Program-made: the position numbers and the translations under genes | In this document: piece by piece, positions 1 to 12,355 of the stretch | Layout of the letters: each line of letters starts with the position of its first letter | Numbering within the stretch: the stretch's first letter is position 1 | The notes under the pieces: model-generated | Told to the model about the DNA's origin: nothing | Databases searched by the model: none | The model's input: the letters and a program-made list of their open reading frames with translations, nothing else | NCBI GenBank assembly: GCA_030390025.1 | Contig: JASTWF010000114.1 | Coordinates: 806,001-870,000 of the forward strand | Direction of reading: 5' to 3' | Length of the DNA stretch: 64,000 bases | Source of the DNA: Squalus acanthias | Lineage: Eukaryota

Positions 1-1255
1 AATCTAGCATTTTCCCCATTACCGATGTCAGGCTTACCAGTCTGTAATTCCCCGTTTTCGCTCTGCCACCTTTTTTGAATAGTAGGGTAACATTAGCTAC
101 CCTCCAATCCATGGGTATTGTTCCAGATTCCATCGAATGTTGGAAGATGATCAGCAATGCATCTACTATTTCTAGGGCCACTTCCTTCAATACCCTCGGA
201 CGTAGATTATCAGGCCCTGGGGATTTATAGGCCTTTAATCCCGCCAATTTCCCTAACGCCATTTACCTACAAATACTGACTCCTAACTCCCTATATTCAG
301 CTTTTAGGACCTCATCCCGTTTTTTACCTATATCGTTGTTACCTATATGCACCACGACAACTGGCTGTTCACCCTCCCCCTCCAGAATGCCCTGCAGCCA
401 CTCCGAGTCATCCTTGACCCTTGCACCAGGGAGGCAACATACCATTCTGGAGTCTCGTTTGCGGCCCGAGAAACGCCTATCAATTCTGCTTACAATAGAA
501 TCCTCAATCTCTATAGCTCTCTCGCTCTTTTTCCTCCCGTCCTGTGCAGCAGAAGCACCGTTGATGCTGCTGCCTTCCCCCGATATGCCATCTGCCTCAA
601 CACTATCCAAAGTGGTATATCTGTTTGAGAGGGGGTTGTCCACAGGGGACCCCTGCACTACCTGCCTGCGCCTACTACTCTGCCTGGCGTTCACCCATTC
701 CCTTCCTGCCTGTGCAGCCTTTACGTGTGGTGTGACCAACTCCCTAAACGTGCTATCCACGATGTCCTCATCATCGCGAATGCTCCAGTATGCATCCATT
801 CGCAGCTCCAGCGCCGCAATGCGGTCTGCCAGTAGCTGCAGCTGGATACACTTCCCACACACATGGTCAACAGGGACACAGGAAGTGTCCCTGATTTCCC
901 ACATAGTGCAGGAGGAGCATGCCACGGGGATGAGCTGTGCTGCCATGACTTATCCTTTAATTAATTTAAATTAACTCAAATCAATTCCACAAATTACACG
1001 ACAATTAAATGATATACTCAAGGGCCCTTGTATACTAGCACTCCCTGCTACACAACAGAGACCTTAGAAAATATATCCAAAAAAATTAGGACATTCTAAA
1101 ATTTATAAACTATTAACGTTAACTGTCAAACCACAGAGTAGTATAAATACTCACCTGGCCGTACTCACCCAATCAGCTGCTTCCTCTTGTCCGCGTCACT
1201 TTTTGAATTGTGACGGGGCTCTGGAACGCCGCCGCCTGTCTGTGAGATTGTTGAG
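1..1255 (-). mobile_element. CR1 LINE, internally deleted (ORF1 esterase 946..~280 fused directly to the RT region ~278..1)
   Basis: ORF 263..946 has a CxxC..CxxC N-terminus and GDSL-like motifs (VCCLPGARVKD, VVVHIGNNDIG). Bases 1-275 match the RT-proximal sequence of the CR1 at ~31510-31720; the intervening endonuclease is missing. Confidence 0.85.
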
Positions 1256-1257
1256 CC

Positions 1258-1549
1258 TCTGAACAAAAGCCGGCGAAAGTGAGTTTAACTACTCACATTG
1301 CTGCTGCTCTCTCCGCACCCGACACTGGCATCTGAAAAAAAGTCCGCGAAAGTGAGTTTAACTATTCACTGTACTGCTGCTCTCTCCGCTCCCGACACTG
1401 GCCGCTGCAAAAAAGCCCGCGAAAGTGTGTTTAAATACTCACTGTGCGGCTGCTCTCTCCGCTAACGACACTGGCCTCTGCAAAAAAGACCGCGAAAGTG
1501 AGTTTAAATACTCACTGTGCTGCTGCTCTCTCCGCTCCCGACACTGGCC
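1258..1549. repeat. 4 x 73-bp tandem repeat at the CR1 5' end
   Basis: Units start at 1258, 1331, 1404 and 1477 (tctg..aaaag..gcgaaagtgagtttaa.tactcac..gctgctctctccgc..cgacactggc). Confidence 0.9.
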
Positions 1550-1552
1550 TCA

Positions 1553-2452
1553 GTAAATGTCGCAAGGTGCTTCACAAGAGCGTTTTCACAAAGAAATTTA
1601 ACTCCAAGCCACATGAGACCTAACGCTATATTAGGGCAGAAAACCAAATGCTTGGTCAAACAGGTAGGTTTTAACAAGTGTGTTGGAGGAGGAGAGAGAG
1701 GTAGGGAGGTGGAGAGTTTAAGGAAGGGAATTCCAGAGTTTAGGGCCCAGGCAGCTGATAGCACAGCGGGAACTTTTGAGAGATTGTAAATGTAGATGTT
1801 CAATAGGCCAGAAGTTATGGAGCGCAGATATCTCGGAGGCTTGTGGGGCTAGAGGCAATTACAGACATAAGGATAGTGAGGCAATGGAGGAATTTGAAAA
1901 CAAGGATGAGAAATTTTAAATGGAGGTGTTGCTTAACCGGGAGCCAATGTAGGTCAGCAAGCAGAGGGGTGATCATTTAACAGGTCTTGGTGCGCGTTAG
2001 GACATGGGCAGCCGCGTTTTGGGTGACTTGAATTTTACGGAGTGTAGAAAGTGGTTGGCTGGCAGAATGTGCATTGGAAATATTCAAATATAGAGTTAAC
2101 AAAGGCATGGATGAGTGTTTCAGCAGCAGATGAGGTAAGAAAAGGGCGGAGATGGGAGATGTTATGGAGTTGGAAATAGGCTGTCTTAGTTATGGTGCAG
2201 ATATGTGGTCGGAAGATCATCTCACGGTCAGATATGACAACAAGGTTGTGAACAGTCTTTTCCAGCCAAGAAGAGGGACGGAGTCCATGCCGAGGGAGCG
2301 GAATTTGTGGCGGGGACCAAAGACAATGGCTTCGGTCTTCCCAATATTTAGTTGGAGTAAATTTCTGCTCATCCAGTGCTGGATGTTGGACAAGCAGTGT
2401 GGCAATTTATAGACAGTGGATGGGTCGAGAGAGGTGGTGTTGAGGTAAATCT
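1553..2452 (-). mobile_element. L2-type LINE 3' fragment (RT C-terminus + tail)
   Basis: Peptides HCLSNIQHWMSRNLLQLNIGKTEAIVFG and ITKTAYFQLHNISHLRPFL. An inverted paralogue lies at 25125-26020. Confidence 0.75.
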
Positions 2453-3880
2453 GACTCAGTGGTGTCAATAGACACGCTGATTTGGGCTATTGCCCAATGT
2501 GGAACTACAGTTCCCACGGTGTAGAGCGCGGTGTGGCCAGTGCTCTGCGATGATTGGTTCTCCAGTCAGCCGTATCGGTGTCAGCAGTGACAAAGCTCTT
2601 GGTCCCTGTGCAAGATTGAGAGAGCAGCTCCAGTCACAGCAACAAAGCCCCTTTAATAATTCTAACAGACCAGAGGAATCAGTGATCAGTTCAAGCGCAG
2701 AAACAGGAACAAGCATCTGGGCTTCACCGTAAAGCCACTTGTCCAGGTGAGAACCAATCCCTGCCCGAATTCAATGCCGGCTACTCCAGGGGCCGAGAAT
2801 CCCTCCGGCCGCTCTGTGTGATTTTTAAGGAACAGGGGAATAACTAACTTCACAGTTACACAATTCTGATATTTATTAAACAAAAAAATATTCCTTTGAC
2901 GCTAATATCTCGAGCCAACCCATTTATTAACTATTTAACGCATTTAATTTTACCCACTAGTAACTGACACCAACCAGTTTCAATCTGACTTTTAAAAACA
3001 TGAACCAAACTCAGTGTGGAGAGTTAGGGATTGACTTCAAAGAGGGGAACAGTTCAACATCACAGAGAATCAGAAATAACTGACCCGGCCGCTTAATAAT
3101 TCAACTGGAACAGGGTTTAAAACGGGAACTGCGCGCATCAATCGGACCCGCAGTAAATTAAAGGCAAGGTGTCATTTTATTAATATGGTGCCGAGTTTTA
3201 TTTGCCCTCCTGAGTTTAAAAGTGGGTGACTCAGACTATAATAAAGCAACTTCTCTTTAATCCGGGGCAGGGAGTAAAATGTCGCTTTCTACCGCTCTTT
3301 CTCATTCATCTAATTAGCTATTTACTCCGCCTCAGGAATATTCTCATCAGAAATGTATTTACAGCCTGAAGCCCAAATCATATCTGTCAATTGAAACCCC
3401 AATTTTAAAGGGATTGACAAATCCAGGGTTGTCTTGCTGCTGATTTAGAGAAGCGAACGTCAGTCTATTGTGAAATGTGTATTTTAGGGGGAAAAGGTTA
3501 TTTTAAAATCTGATGCAGTATATCGGAGAGTAACAGCGCGTTATCAGAACGATTCCGGCCGAAGTGCATCAGCTGATCCGTATCTCTACAATCCGCCCCT
3601 CGGATCCCGGACTTTAAAGAAGCAGCGCCCGGTTCAGTCGGACATTTGGACGGTGGGTGTTGTCGCTTCTCCAGTGGAAATCGCTCCAGCGATCCATCTC
3701 CTGTTGGCTCTGCTAATCCATTTAACAGGTGAGACACGGATGGTTTTAGTCACGGGTTTATCCGCAACTAAATCGTTTCAATACCGAGAATCGGGCGGTT
3801 TTATCTCCGTGTTTATTGACGCATTAAAATCCGATTTGCTTAAAGTCTCTGAATGCGTTGATTTTTTTCTTTTATTGAAG

Positions 3881-4230
3881 GTGTCCTGGCGGCTCCCGTC
3901 CTCAATCAGTCCCCAATATCCGATCCTGTATCCGAGGGTCAGACCGCCCGGTTACAGTGTGCGATGCAGAACGGCGCTGTGGGCAGCAAGGATGTGTACT
4001 GGTTCCAACAGCGACCCGGGGAAGCTCCGGTGTGGGTGATAAGACATAACACCGATGGAGCTGTATCCCGAGGCAGCGGTTTCGCAGGCCGTTTTCAACC
4101 TTCCAGAGACGCCTCAGTTAACAGTGGCATTCTGACCATCGGAACCCTGGTGCCCGGTGACTCCGTCTATTACTGTGCTGTGTGGTACTCGGGATACATC
4201 TTCGGACCGGGGACACCCTGAGTATAAAGA
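3881..4230 (+). pseudogene. Joined V-J exon, copy 1
   Basis: Acceptor ttgaag|gt at 3880/3881; conserved C, W, YYC and FGPGT motifs; frameshift after FGPGT. Confidence 0.92.
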
Positions 4231-4419
4231 TTAAGTGACTCTCTCATTCTATCATTCATATTGTTTCAATTATTATTAATTTACAGTCGGTTTCAATCCC
4301 GGGCGCCAGATGCAGGATCTATTTATACACAAAACATGTTAAACTGATCAGAATTTATATTGTTGAAACGCTCGGGCAATAATACTGTGCTGAAATAAAG
4401 TTTGACACCATTTCCTTCT

Positions 4420-4935
4420 CCCATTCAATAGGGGAGATGAAGAGAAGTGTTCTTTTTACTCACCGAGTTGTTAAAAAGAGCTTTTTCCTAAATGGCCGGG
4501 CTCTAATTTTCAATTGATGTCCCCTGGTTCTTGTTGCCCCGAACAAAGGAAATCGATTTTCTGTATCTACCCGAGCGAATCCTTTTGCACATTTTAAGGA
4601 CTTTGAACAGATCACGACTGAAGCTTCTCAGCTCAAGGGAATACAAGCCAAGTTTATGCAACCCGTCCTCGTAAGTTAACCCTCTAAGCCCCGGTATCAT
4701 TCGGATGCAGCAAGAGACAGAGAGAGAGAGAGAGAGTGGGGGGAAAGTGGTGAGCTATACTGTGAAGTTCTGACAGTGGACACTGAATATGTCACTGTGT
4801 TACACTGAGTTATAAATGGAGAAAATTGCAGGGCTGTGGGGAAAGAGCAGGGGAGTGGAACTAATTGGAGAGCTCATTCAAAGAGCCGGCACAGGCACGA
4901 TGGGCCGAATGGCCTCCTTCTGGGCTGTATGATTC
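4420..4935. mobile_element. CR1 3'-end fragments in the J-C intron (both orientations) with a short GA microsatellite
   Basis: Minus-strand peptide MIPGLRGLTYEDGLHKLGLYSLE; CR1 tail gggccgaatggcctccttct at ~4902. Confidence 0.7.
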
Positions 4936-6192
4936 TCTGCTATGCCTTACCTCTTCCCTTAGTGTATGTCGAATTATTTCTATGGTCCAGAGTCGGCACC
5001 GCCCGATTTAATAAAGATTGCCCGGAGCCGGCGGGAGAGCCCCCGGAAGAACCCCGACCCATTTACCGTCATTTGCAAAGTTCAATATTGCTGCTGTTTT
5101 TATTCCTGTGCGTATTGTCCCTCTGGGCTGGAAGAGAGGGCTGGCCCTCTGTCCCAGCACAGAAGTGGTTGGATCGACCCCCTGTCCCCAGTAACACCTT
5201 GCCTAGTCGGGATTTGATTCTTTTGATGGGACCGGTTTTATTCTGAATTCCCTGCTCCGATATTTGAGATGTCTGAACTCGTTTTTCGCAATCTCCCCAC
5301 TGTTTATAGAGCAGAACCGACGCTTTACCATGGAGCGGCGCAGTGACAATTTCTGACCTGCCCCGTGTGAATGAGTGAGTCTGGGCGATGCTTGTTGAAG
5401 GGAACTTTCTCTCCATCTCATTCTTTCGCTGCTGACCCTCTCCCCTCCCCCAGGCTGTGTCTGCTGACTCTCCCTGTCCAGTGTCCCCCCGGGTATATCG
5501 CCGATTCTCCTGGGTTGATCTGTCGGGTCCAGCTATCGCCCAGTGTTGAACGGATCGCTCCGGGACCAGCGAGACTGATCTCATCCCGAGAGAGAAATCA
5601 GTTCCCCCGCGCCGGGAGGAATCCGTACTTGCCTCTGTAGCGAGAATCTTTTACAATCCTTGTTCCCCATTTCACTTGAAATATCGAACAGTGTGGACAA
5701 TCGGTGTTAAGCAGTTCACTGCTCCCTAATTTCACATCTTTAAATTTAACACTGACCACATTTTAAGACAAACAAACGCTTTATTATTTTGAAGTAAAGG
5801 GGAAAACACTAAAAATATCCCAATTTAAAAAGAAAATGCTGGGAGTGCACGGTCGGTCGGTCAGTGTCTGTAACGGGAACAGGCAGGTTAGTGCGGTTCC
5901 GGGGGTGTAACCTGCAGCTGAACAGGTCAGTTACTGATCTTTCCAGCTCACACATGCTGACTGACCTGGTCTGTATTTCCAGCATTTTCTGTTCTAATTT
6001 TGCATGAAAAAAAGAAAGTAGGAATAATTGAAAGAAAGAACGAATGATTTTATTGGAACTCCTGTATTAATCAGTAATTTATTTTAAAGTGAATGTTGTT
6101 CGCGGGTTCTTTGGTATCTTTGATTTCAAATAAGAGCGTCCCACTGCTGACGGATTCCATAAACTAATGAATGTTCTCTCCCCCACAAAAAG

Positions 6193-6521
6193 GCAGCGAG
6201 GATCGAAGCACCTCGGTTCTTCTCCTCCCTCCTTCCTCGGAAGAATTCAGCTCGGGATCGGCCACTCTGTCCTGCCTGGTGAGTCGCTTTAAGCCGGGCT
6301 TGGTGCGGCTCCGCTGGAGCGTGGATGGCCAAGAGACAGACAGCGGGGTGACGTCAGGCGCCGTGTCCCCTGACAGCGATCAAACCTACAGCCTGAGCAG
6401 TTACCTGAGAGTCCCCGCCGCCGCCTGGAACAAGGGCTCCAGCTATTGTTGCAGCGTCAGCCACGGCTCCCTGAGCCCGCCTCTTCTCAAGACCATCAGC
6501 GCCACGTCGTGTTCCGACTGA
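6193..6521 (+). CDS. Ig light chain constant exon (open reading frame; belongs to pseudogene copy 1)
   Basis: SEDRSTSVLLLPPSSEE..ATLSCLVSRFKPG..W..YSLSSYLRVPAAAWNKGSSYCCSVSHGSL..SCSD*: a C1-set domain resembling shark type I light-chain C regions; AG acceptor at 6191-6192. Confidence 0.88.
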
Positions 6522-6874
6522 GGCGGTGCGAGTTGGCAGTGGGGTTTGAATTTTGCTCGTGTTTAATGTAATGAAACAGATCATTCGATGTGTGCAATCC
6601 ACACTTTTTGAAATGTAATCGCTGTAACAATTTCAGTTTTTGGCAAACAATGGGAATGTTAAATAATATCAGAAGTGACTGAAATGATTGTCCAGCGTTG
6701 TGAGATGGAACTTTCTGTACAATTGTCCCCAATATCTTGTGCGAAAAATTCGGTGTGTGTAGAATGGGGACAGATTTCCCTTTGTCTGTGGTCGTATTGT
6801 GATTAAAAACTTGTGTAACACAGCTCTTGATAAACATGAAATGCTGCCACGAGCTTAAAGAGTTCCGTCTTTAC

Positions 6875-8820
6875 TCAGCACTTAAAGAGACATTGAGTGG
6901 ATTTCATAGAATGTACAGAACAAACAGGATATTCAGGCCAACTGGTCTATGCTGGTGTTTATGCTCCACATGAGCCTCCCCCCACGCTATTTCATCTCAC
7001 TCCATCAGCATATCCTTCTATTCCTTTCTATCTCAGGTACTTATCGAGCTTCCCATAAAATGCACCTATGCTATTCACCTCAGATATTCGATATGGCGGC
7101 AAATTCCACATTTTCACCCACTCTGGGTAAATAATTTTATCCCGAATTCCCTATTGGATTTCTTAATTTTAAGGTTATTCCCTCTTGTTCTGGACGTTCT
7201 CTCCCCCCGCCCCCACCAGAAGTGTAGTTTCGCTGTATCTACCCGATCAATCCCTTACAGAATCCTAGAAACCACAATCAAATCACTCTTTAACATTTTA
7301 TATTCCAGGGAATATAAACTTAGTTTATGTAATCTCTCCTCATAATTTGACCCTTGGATCCCTGGTAACATTCAGGTGAATCAGCGCTGAACTCCTTCCA
7401 ATATATCCTTTCTGAGATGCGGTGCCCAGAACCTGTACACAGTGTTCCAGAAAGTGGATTATTTAAGTAGGGTGGGAAAGATAAACCAGGTCACTACCAG
7501 CATATGTCAGTTTACTGCCAGTTGTGGGGAAAATAATAGAAACTGTCATTAAGGATAGAGTGACTGAACACTTTACCAAATATGAGCTGGTCAGAGGGGG
7601 CCTCTTCTGCCGCCATATTTAAGCTCTCAGCACTTAAAGGGACATTGAGTGGATTAAATCGAATTTACAGCACCAACAGTCCATTCAGCCAAACTAGTCT
7701 AAATCGGTGTTTATGCTCCACAGGAGCCTCTTCACACACTATTTCATCTCACTCCATCAACATATCCTTCTATTCCTTTCTACCTCACGTACTTATCTAG
7801 CTTTCCCTTAAATACATCTATCCTGTTCGACTCAACCAATCCAAATGGAAGTGAGATCCACATTCTCACCACTCTCTGGGTATGAAAGGTTTCTCCTAAA
7901 TTCCCAATTCGATTTCTTAATTTTAAGGTTATGCCCCATTGTTCTGGACGACCCCCACCAGTAGAGTAATGTCTCTCCATCTACCCTATTCCATTCAAAA
8001 TCCTAAAAACCTCAATCAAATCACCCCTGAACATTCTATATTACAGGGATTACAAGCTTAGTTTTAAACCTTGGTTCCCTGGTAACATTCTGGTGATTCT
8101 CCGCTGAAATCCTTCCAATATATCCGTTCTGAGATGCGGTGCCCAGAATCTGTACACAGTGCTCCAGATACTGGATTATTTAAGTAGGGTTGGAGATATA
8201 AACCAGGTCACTACAGGCCTGTCAGTTCATCGACAGTGGGGAAGCTTCTAAAATCTGTCATTAAGGATAGAGGGACTGACAACTGAAGCAAATATGAACT
8301 GATCAGAGGGGGCCAGCATGGTTTTGTTAAGGTTAACTCATTTCTGACTAATGTAGTTGCAATTCTTGAGGAAGTCACTAATCAGATTGACAAAGGAGTG
8401 TCCATAGATGTTAGCTAAATGGACTCCCAAAAGGCATTCAAAAAGGTACCACACAAAGGATTATTGGACAAAATCAGATCGCATGGAATTGCGGGTAGCC
8501 TTTTGATCCGGGTTGGAGTTTGGTTGGGAGGTAGGAGATAGAGAGTGGGGATCATGTGTTGGTACTCAGATTGTCAGGATGTGACAAGTGCTGTTCCGCA
8601 GGGATCTGATCTGGGGCCACAATCTTTCCACCATATGTATCATTGACTTGGATGAAGGAATAAGAGTTGTATATCCAAGTTTGCAGCTGTTAAGTTAGGA
8701 GGCACAGTAACTTTTGCTGATGGAAGCCGGAAGTTAAAAGCGGATATACACAGGTTGTGAGTGGAGTGAAATATGACTGATGAAGTTCAACGTGGGGGAG
8801 TGTGAGGTAATCCACTTTGG
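6875..8820. mobile_element. Decayed CR1 mosaic with a ~740-bp direct tandem duplication (6875-7602 / 7625-8313)
   Basis: ctcagcacttaaag.gacattgagtggatt and cagagggggcc mark both copies; RT remnants continue to ~8820. Confidence 0.7.
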
Positions 8821-9629
8821 ATCTACTCCTTTTCCTGTGCTCCTTGATCAGGAAGTGAGGATTTTGAATATGGTTAATCATGCATGCGAAATGTCCCGAG
8901 CATAATAGGCAGTGTCGCCAATGAGCTTGTGCAAGGGTGGTGGGGGGAGAAGGGGGCGAGTTGCCTGCATGACCACTAACGCTTTACATGTTAACCTGCG
9001 TGCTTACGTAATAACCGCACGTACAATGAACGTGATGAAGTACTTTCACCATGCTTACCTTGCATAATTAAATAGATGTGTTTGTGAGTACAATTGAGGT
9101 CATTCTCATAGCACTGGATGTGCTAAGTTTCTATAAGTGTCCCGATAAATAAAGATTATTAGCATCTCCATCCCTTCAATCCATCAGCCTGTATAAAAGT
9201 GGACGTAAGGATTATTCTGACACCACGCTCCCGTGGCTGTTTGATTTCCAAATCTGAAGCTTCTGTAGATCGGTGCTGAGACCACATGCGTCACTTTTGG
9301 CGACCAAGCTTCGAAAGTGAAATTGATCCATTGTAGGCCATTCATTAAAGATCGCCATGCATCATTCCTGGATTAGATTACCAAAGAGATTGCTGAAAGG
9401 AAGTCTAGTGCCTTTGCTGAATCGATTAATGAAAGGAGACACCAACCTGGTCGGAAATGCACAGATAATGAACGTATGATCAGGGCCTTTGGGGTGGGCT
9501 GTGAACGAGGAACTGGACGATAGCTGATGAATTACACGCGGGGCAATAAAAGAGGAAAATATAAATATTTTACACACAGTAGAGTAGATCGGTGCAATAC
9601 ACTCGCTGTGGAGACACTTCGAGTGCTGT

Positions 9630-11530
9630 TAGTCTTTAGGTTGGAGTCGGGTAGAACTCGGGACAGACCCAGCCCGAATGTTCCTGGTGATAGCGGGCGA
9701 GATCGGTGGCGGCTCGGGTAGGAAAGTTGTTATTTTTGGGAGCGGGTCAGGATCCCGCTGTCATCTCGCCCCCAACCGCTCTTCCCCCAGGTGCGTCTGT
9801 CATCGCGGGTCCGACCCGACCGGCAGCGGCGGGGGACACAATTGAGATGATTATCAGCTAGATTGCAGGCAGTTAAGAGCCCTTTTTCACTTATTTTTAA
9901 ATTCCCCTGCATAGCCACGGGTTTCACACAGCTCGGGAACGACGTCAGTCAACCTGAGGTGGGTGTTCAGTGATCATTGCTCCAGCTGATTACTTGACAG
10001 CATCAAATGTACAGTAACAGCTCCCACATGACAGATGATCACTTTCCTCAGGCAGAAGCTGTTGTTCAGCCCATTTCCAGCACAGATTCTGCAGGCTGTA
10101 AGTGTTTCCAGCAAAATCTCCATCCAGTGTTACCTCAGTGGAAGAAATCTCTCACCATTGACAGAATCCTTCTGTCATCTTTACTTCACCTGCCATCTAT
10201 TCCATCAACATGCGTGCCATTTCTTCTGTCTCACATTGGTCCGCTGATTGGACCCCGCCGGGCCCCAACACCAGCAGCAGCAACAACAACACCAACCTTC
10301 TCCACAATCACCTGATGTAGCACAGGACACAGGGCATAAGCACCCGACCACATTGCTGACCAGTCGGCCCAGGGTGGCCTCATTATGGCCACATTTAATT
10401 AACTTCACGCTGTACACCCATATGGCCGCCACATGATGCGCCAGGTTGGCACCACCCCAGAGTAACACCATTAAGCATCCCTGCAATGACCCAGCCATTC
10501 CTTTCATACTCATCACTATTGCAGGTGGATACTTTTATGTCTCGCCATTCACTGCAACTCAGTAAGACAATTCCAAAGGTGCTATTGAATTTGCCCAAGA
10601 CTGGAAAGTGTTGCAAATAAAGATTTTTATGTTTGACTCCACATTAACAGAAACTTTACATAAACATTGGATAAACACGCAAGTGGCTACACTTGTGAGT
10701 TGTTGGTATGATTGCACTAGGATGTGTGTGAATGTGAGGGGTGGCTAGTGAGAGGGGGATCTGATAATATAGATAGAGAGAGAGGGATGGGTGGAGGTTC
10801 AAGGTATATTGGTGTGAGTAAGGATGTGCATGAGTAGGGTAGGGAAGGCAGAGTGATGGGGTTGTGATGAGAGGCACAGCAGGCTGCGGTGGAGTGTGGC
10901 TTTGTACTAATGTTTTCAGTTCTAATGAGATCATTGAAACGTTTGCGGCAATGCACCCAGGACCACCGGACTACATCCCTGCTTGTGACCTCCTCTGCAA
11001 TCTGCAACTAGGCTGTCTTGTTCTCCTGCGGCGGCCTGCTCTGCCTATTTGAAGGGAAGAGGACCTCACTGCGTGCTCTGACTCCATCCACATATGGAGG
11101 GAGTCATCGGAGAACCTGGGCGCAGGCCGCTGCCTCTAAGCAATCATGGTCTGTGGTTGCAGCACTCGAATGCTGTAGTACCCTGTTAGATTAAAATTCA
11201 ACTGTAATGTGGCCATGGTCGCTTTAAAGATCCCGGCTGAAAACGCGTCATGAATGACGTGGCCGGGCCCGCTCCATTTCATTGGTCCGGATAACGGGCT
11301 CGCCGGGCTTAATAGGCCTCATTATGATAAATTCATTTTCAATAGCGGGATCGAGCCAACAGCGGGGTCTCGACCCGCCATGGCCACCGCCCGCACAGGA
11401 TCCGCCCAGATAAGCAAAGATCCTGCCTTGACTCCAAAGCGAAAGGTCAATCTGGGTGGTGCTAAATGACACTTAAAGTGTTCGATTCCCCCGCAAATTT
11501 CTGAACTTTTTAAATTGTAACTGTTGGGAA
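9630..11530. mobile_element. PIF/Harbinger-like DNA transposon remnant with a Myb/SANT-like fragment
   Basis: Minus-strand peptide IAEEVTSRDVVRWSWVHCRKRFNDLIR (~10915-11007) fits the trihelix Myb/SANT motif; GC-rich ends; related copies at 27400-29230. Confidence 0.55.
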
Positions 11531-12355
11531 CCTGCGTGGATCGCAAGCTGTCCCAAGCCCTTCGCTAAACCTCTCCGCCGCTCTCACCGCCTTTGAGACC
11601 CTCCTTAAAACCTACCTCTTTGACCAAGCTTACGATCACCTGTCCAAATATCAGCGTAAGTGGCTCGGGGAAAAATGTTGTCCAATTAACGCTTTTGTGA
11701 AACGCCTTGGGGACATCTTACGACATTAAAGGCTCTGCAGAAATTCAGGTTGTTGTTGGTGCTGTGTAAACTACATATCGTGCTCTTAGATAACTTTTTG
11801 ACCTAGCAATTCATTCCTGAACCCCAATGGGATCTGAGCAACGTACTGGGGGCTTGGATGGGAATAAGATGGGCGGGTGAGGCTGCGGGGGGTGGGGGTT
11901 TAAATATATAAATGGGGAAAGCTCACAACAACCCACTGCTTCAGCTCCTGCCGCCATATTTAAGTTCTCAGGCGGGATGTCGGACAAGCAGCGTGACAAT
12001 TCAGAGAGAGTGGGGGGTTCGAAAGAGTTTTTGGTGAGGTAGAGCTGACTCAGTGCTGTCAATAGAACCGCTGATCCTGGCTATTGCCCAATGTGGAACT
12101 ACAGTTCCCAAGGTTCAGTGCGCGGTGTGGCCAGCGCTCTGCAATAATTGGTAATCCAGTCAGCCGTGTCAGTGTCAGCAGTGACAACGCTCTTGGTCCC
12201 TGTGCAAGGTTGAGAGAGCAGCTCCAGTCACACCACCAATGATCCTTTAATAATTCTAACAGACCAGAGGAAACAGTGATCAGTTGAAGCGTAGAAACAG
12301 AACCAAGCACCTGGGCTTCACCGAAAAGCCACTTGTCCAGGTGAGAACCAATCCC

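Larger units (their letters stand above)
3680..6521 (+). pseudogene. Ig light chain type I/NS5 (sigma-cart) gene copy 1, germline-joined VJ: leader 3680-3728, VJ 3881-4230, C 6193-6521
   Basis: VJ reads VLNQSPISDPVSEGQTARLQCAMQNG..WFQQRPG..VYYCAVWYSGYIFGPGT with no RSS between V and J. Lesions: both leader ATGs are ATC, promoter deleted, 2-nt deletion in J, J donor GT>TT at 4231. Confidence 0.92.

Noticed and set aside
336-974. Long ORFs antisense to CR1 coding regions (e.g. 336..974, 13989..14426, 29214..29723, 63439..63807)
   Set aside because: Shadow frames of LINE ORFs with no independent protein features.
2490-2732. 80-aa ORF repeated three times (also ~12060-12350 and ~24830-25093) as a novel gene
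   Set aside because: Recurrence is explained by the segmental duplication; non-ATG start and no recognisable domain.
4793-4799. cactgtg heptamer in the J-C intron (also ~19579) as a leftover RSS
   Set aside because: No nonamer at 12- or 23-bp spacing and no J segment follows.
10248-10436. PolyQ-containing small ORF (also 28507..28728)
   Set aside because: Lies within the decayed Harbinger-like repeat, and the two copies share no convincing conserved protein.
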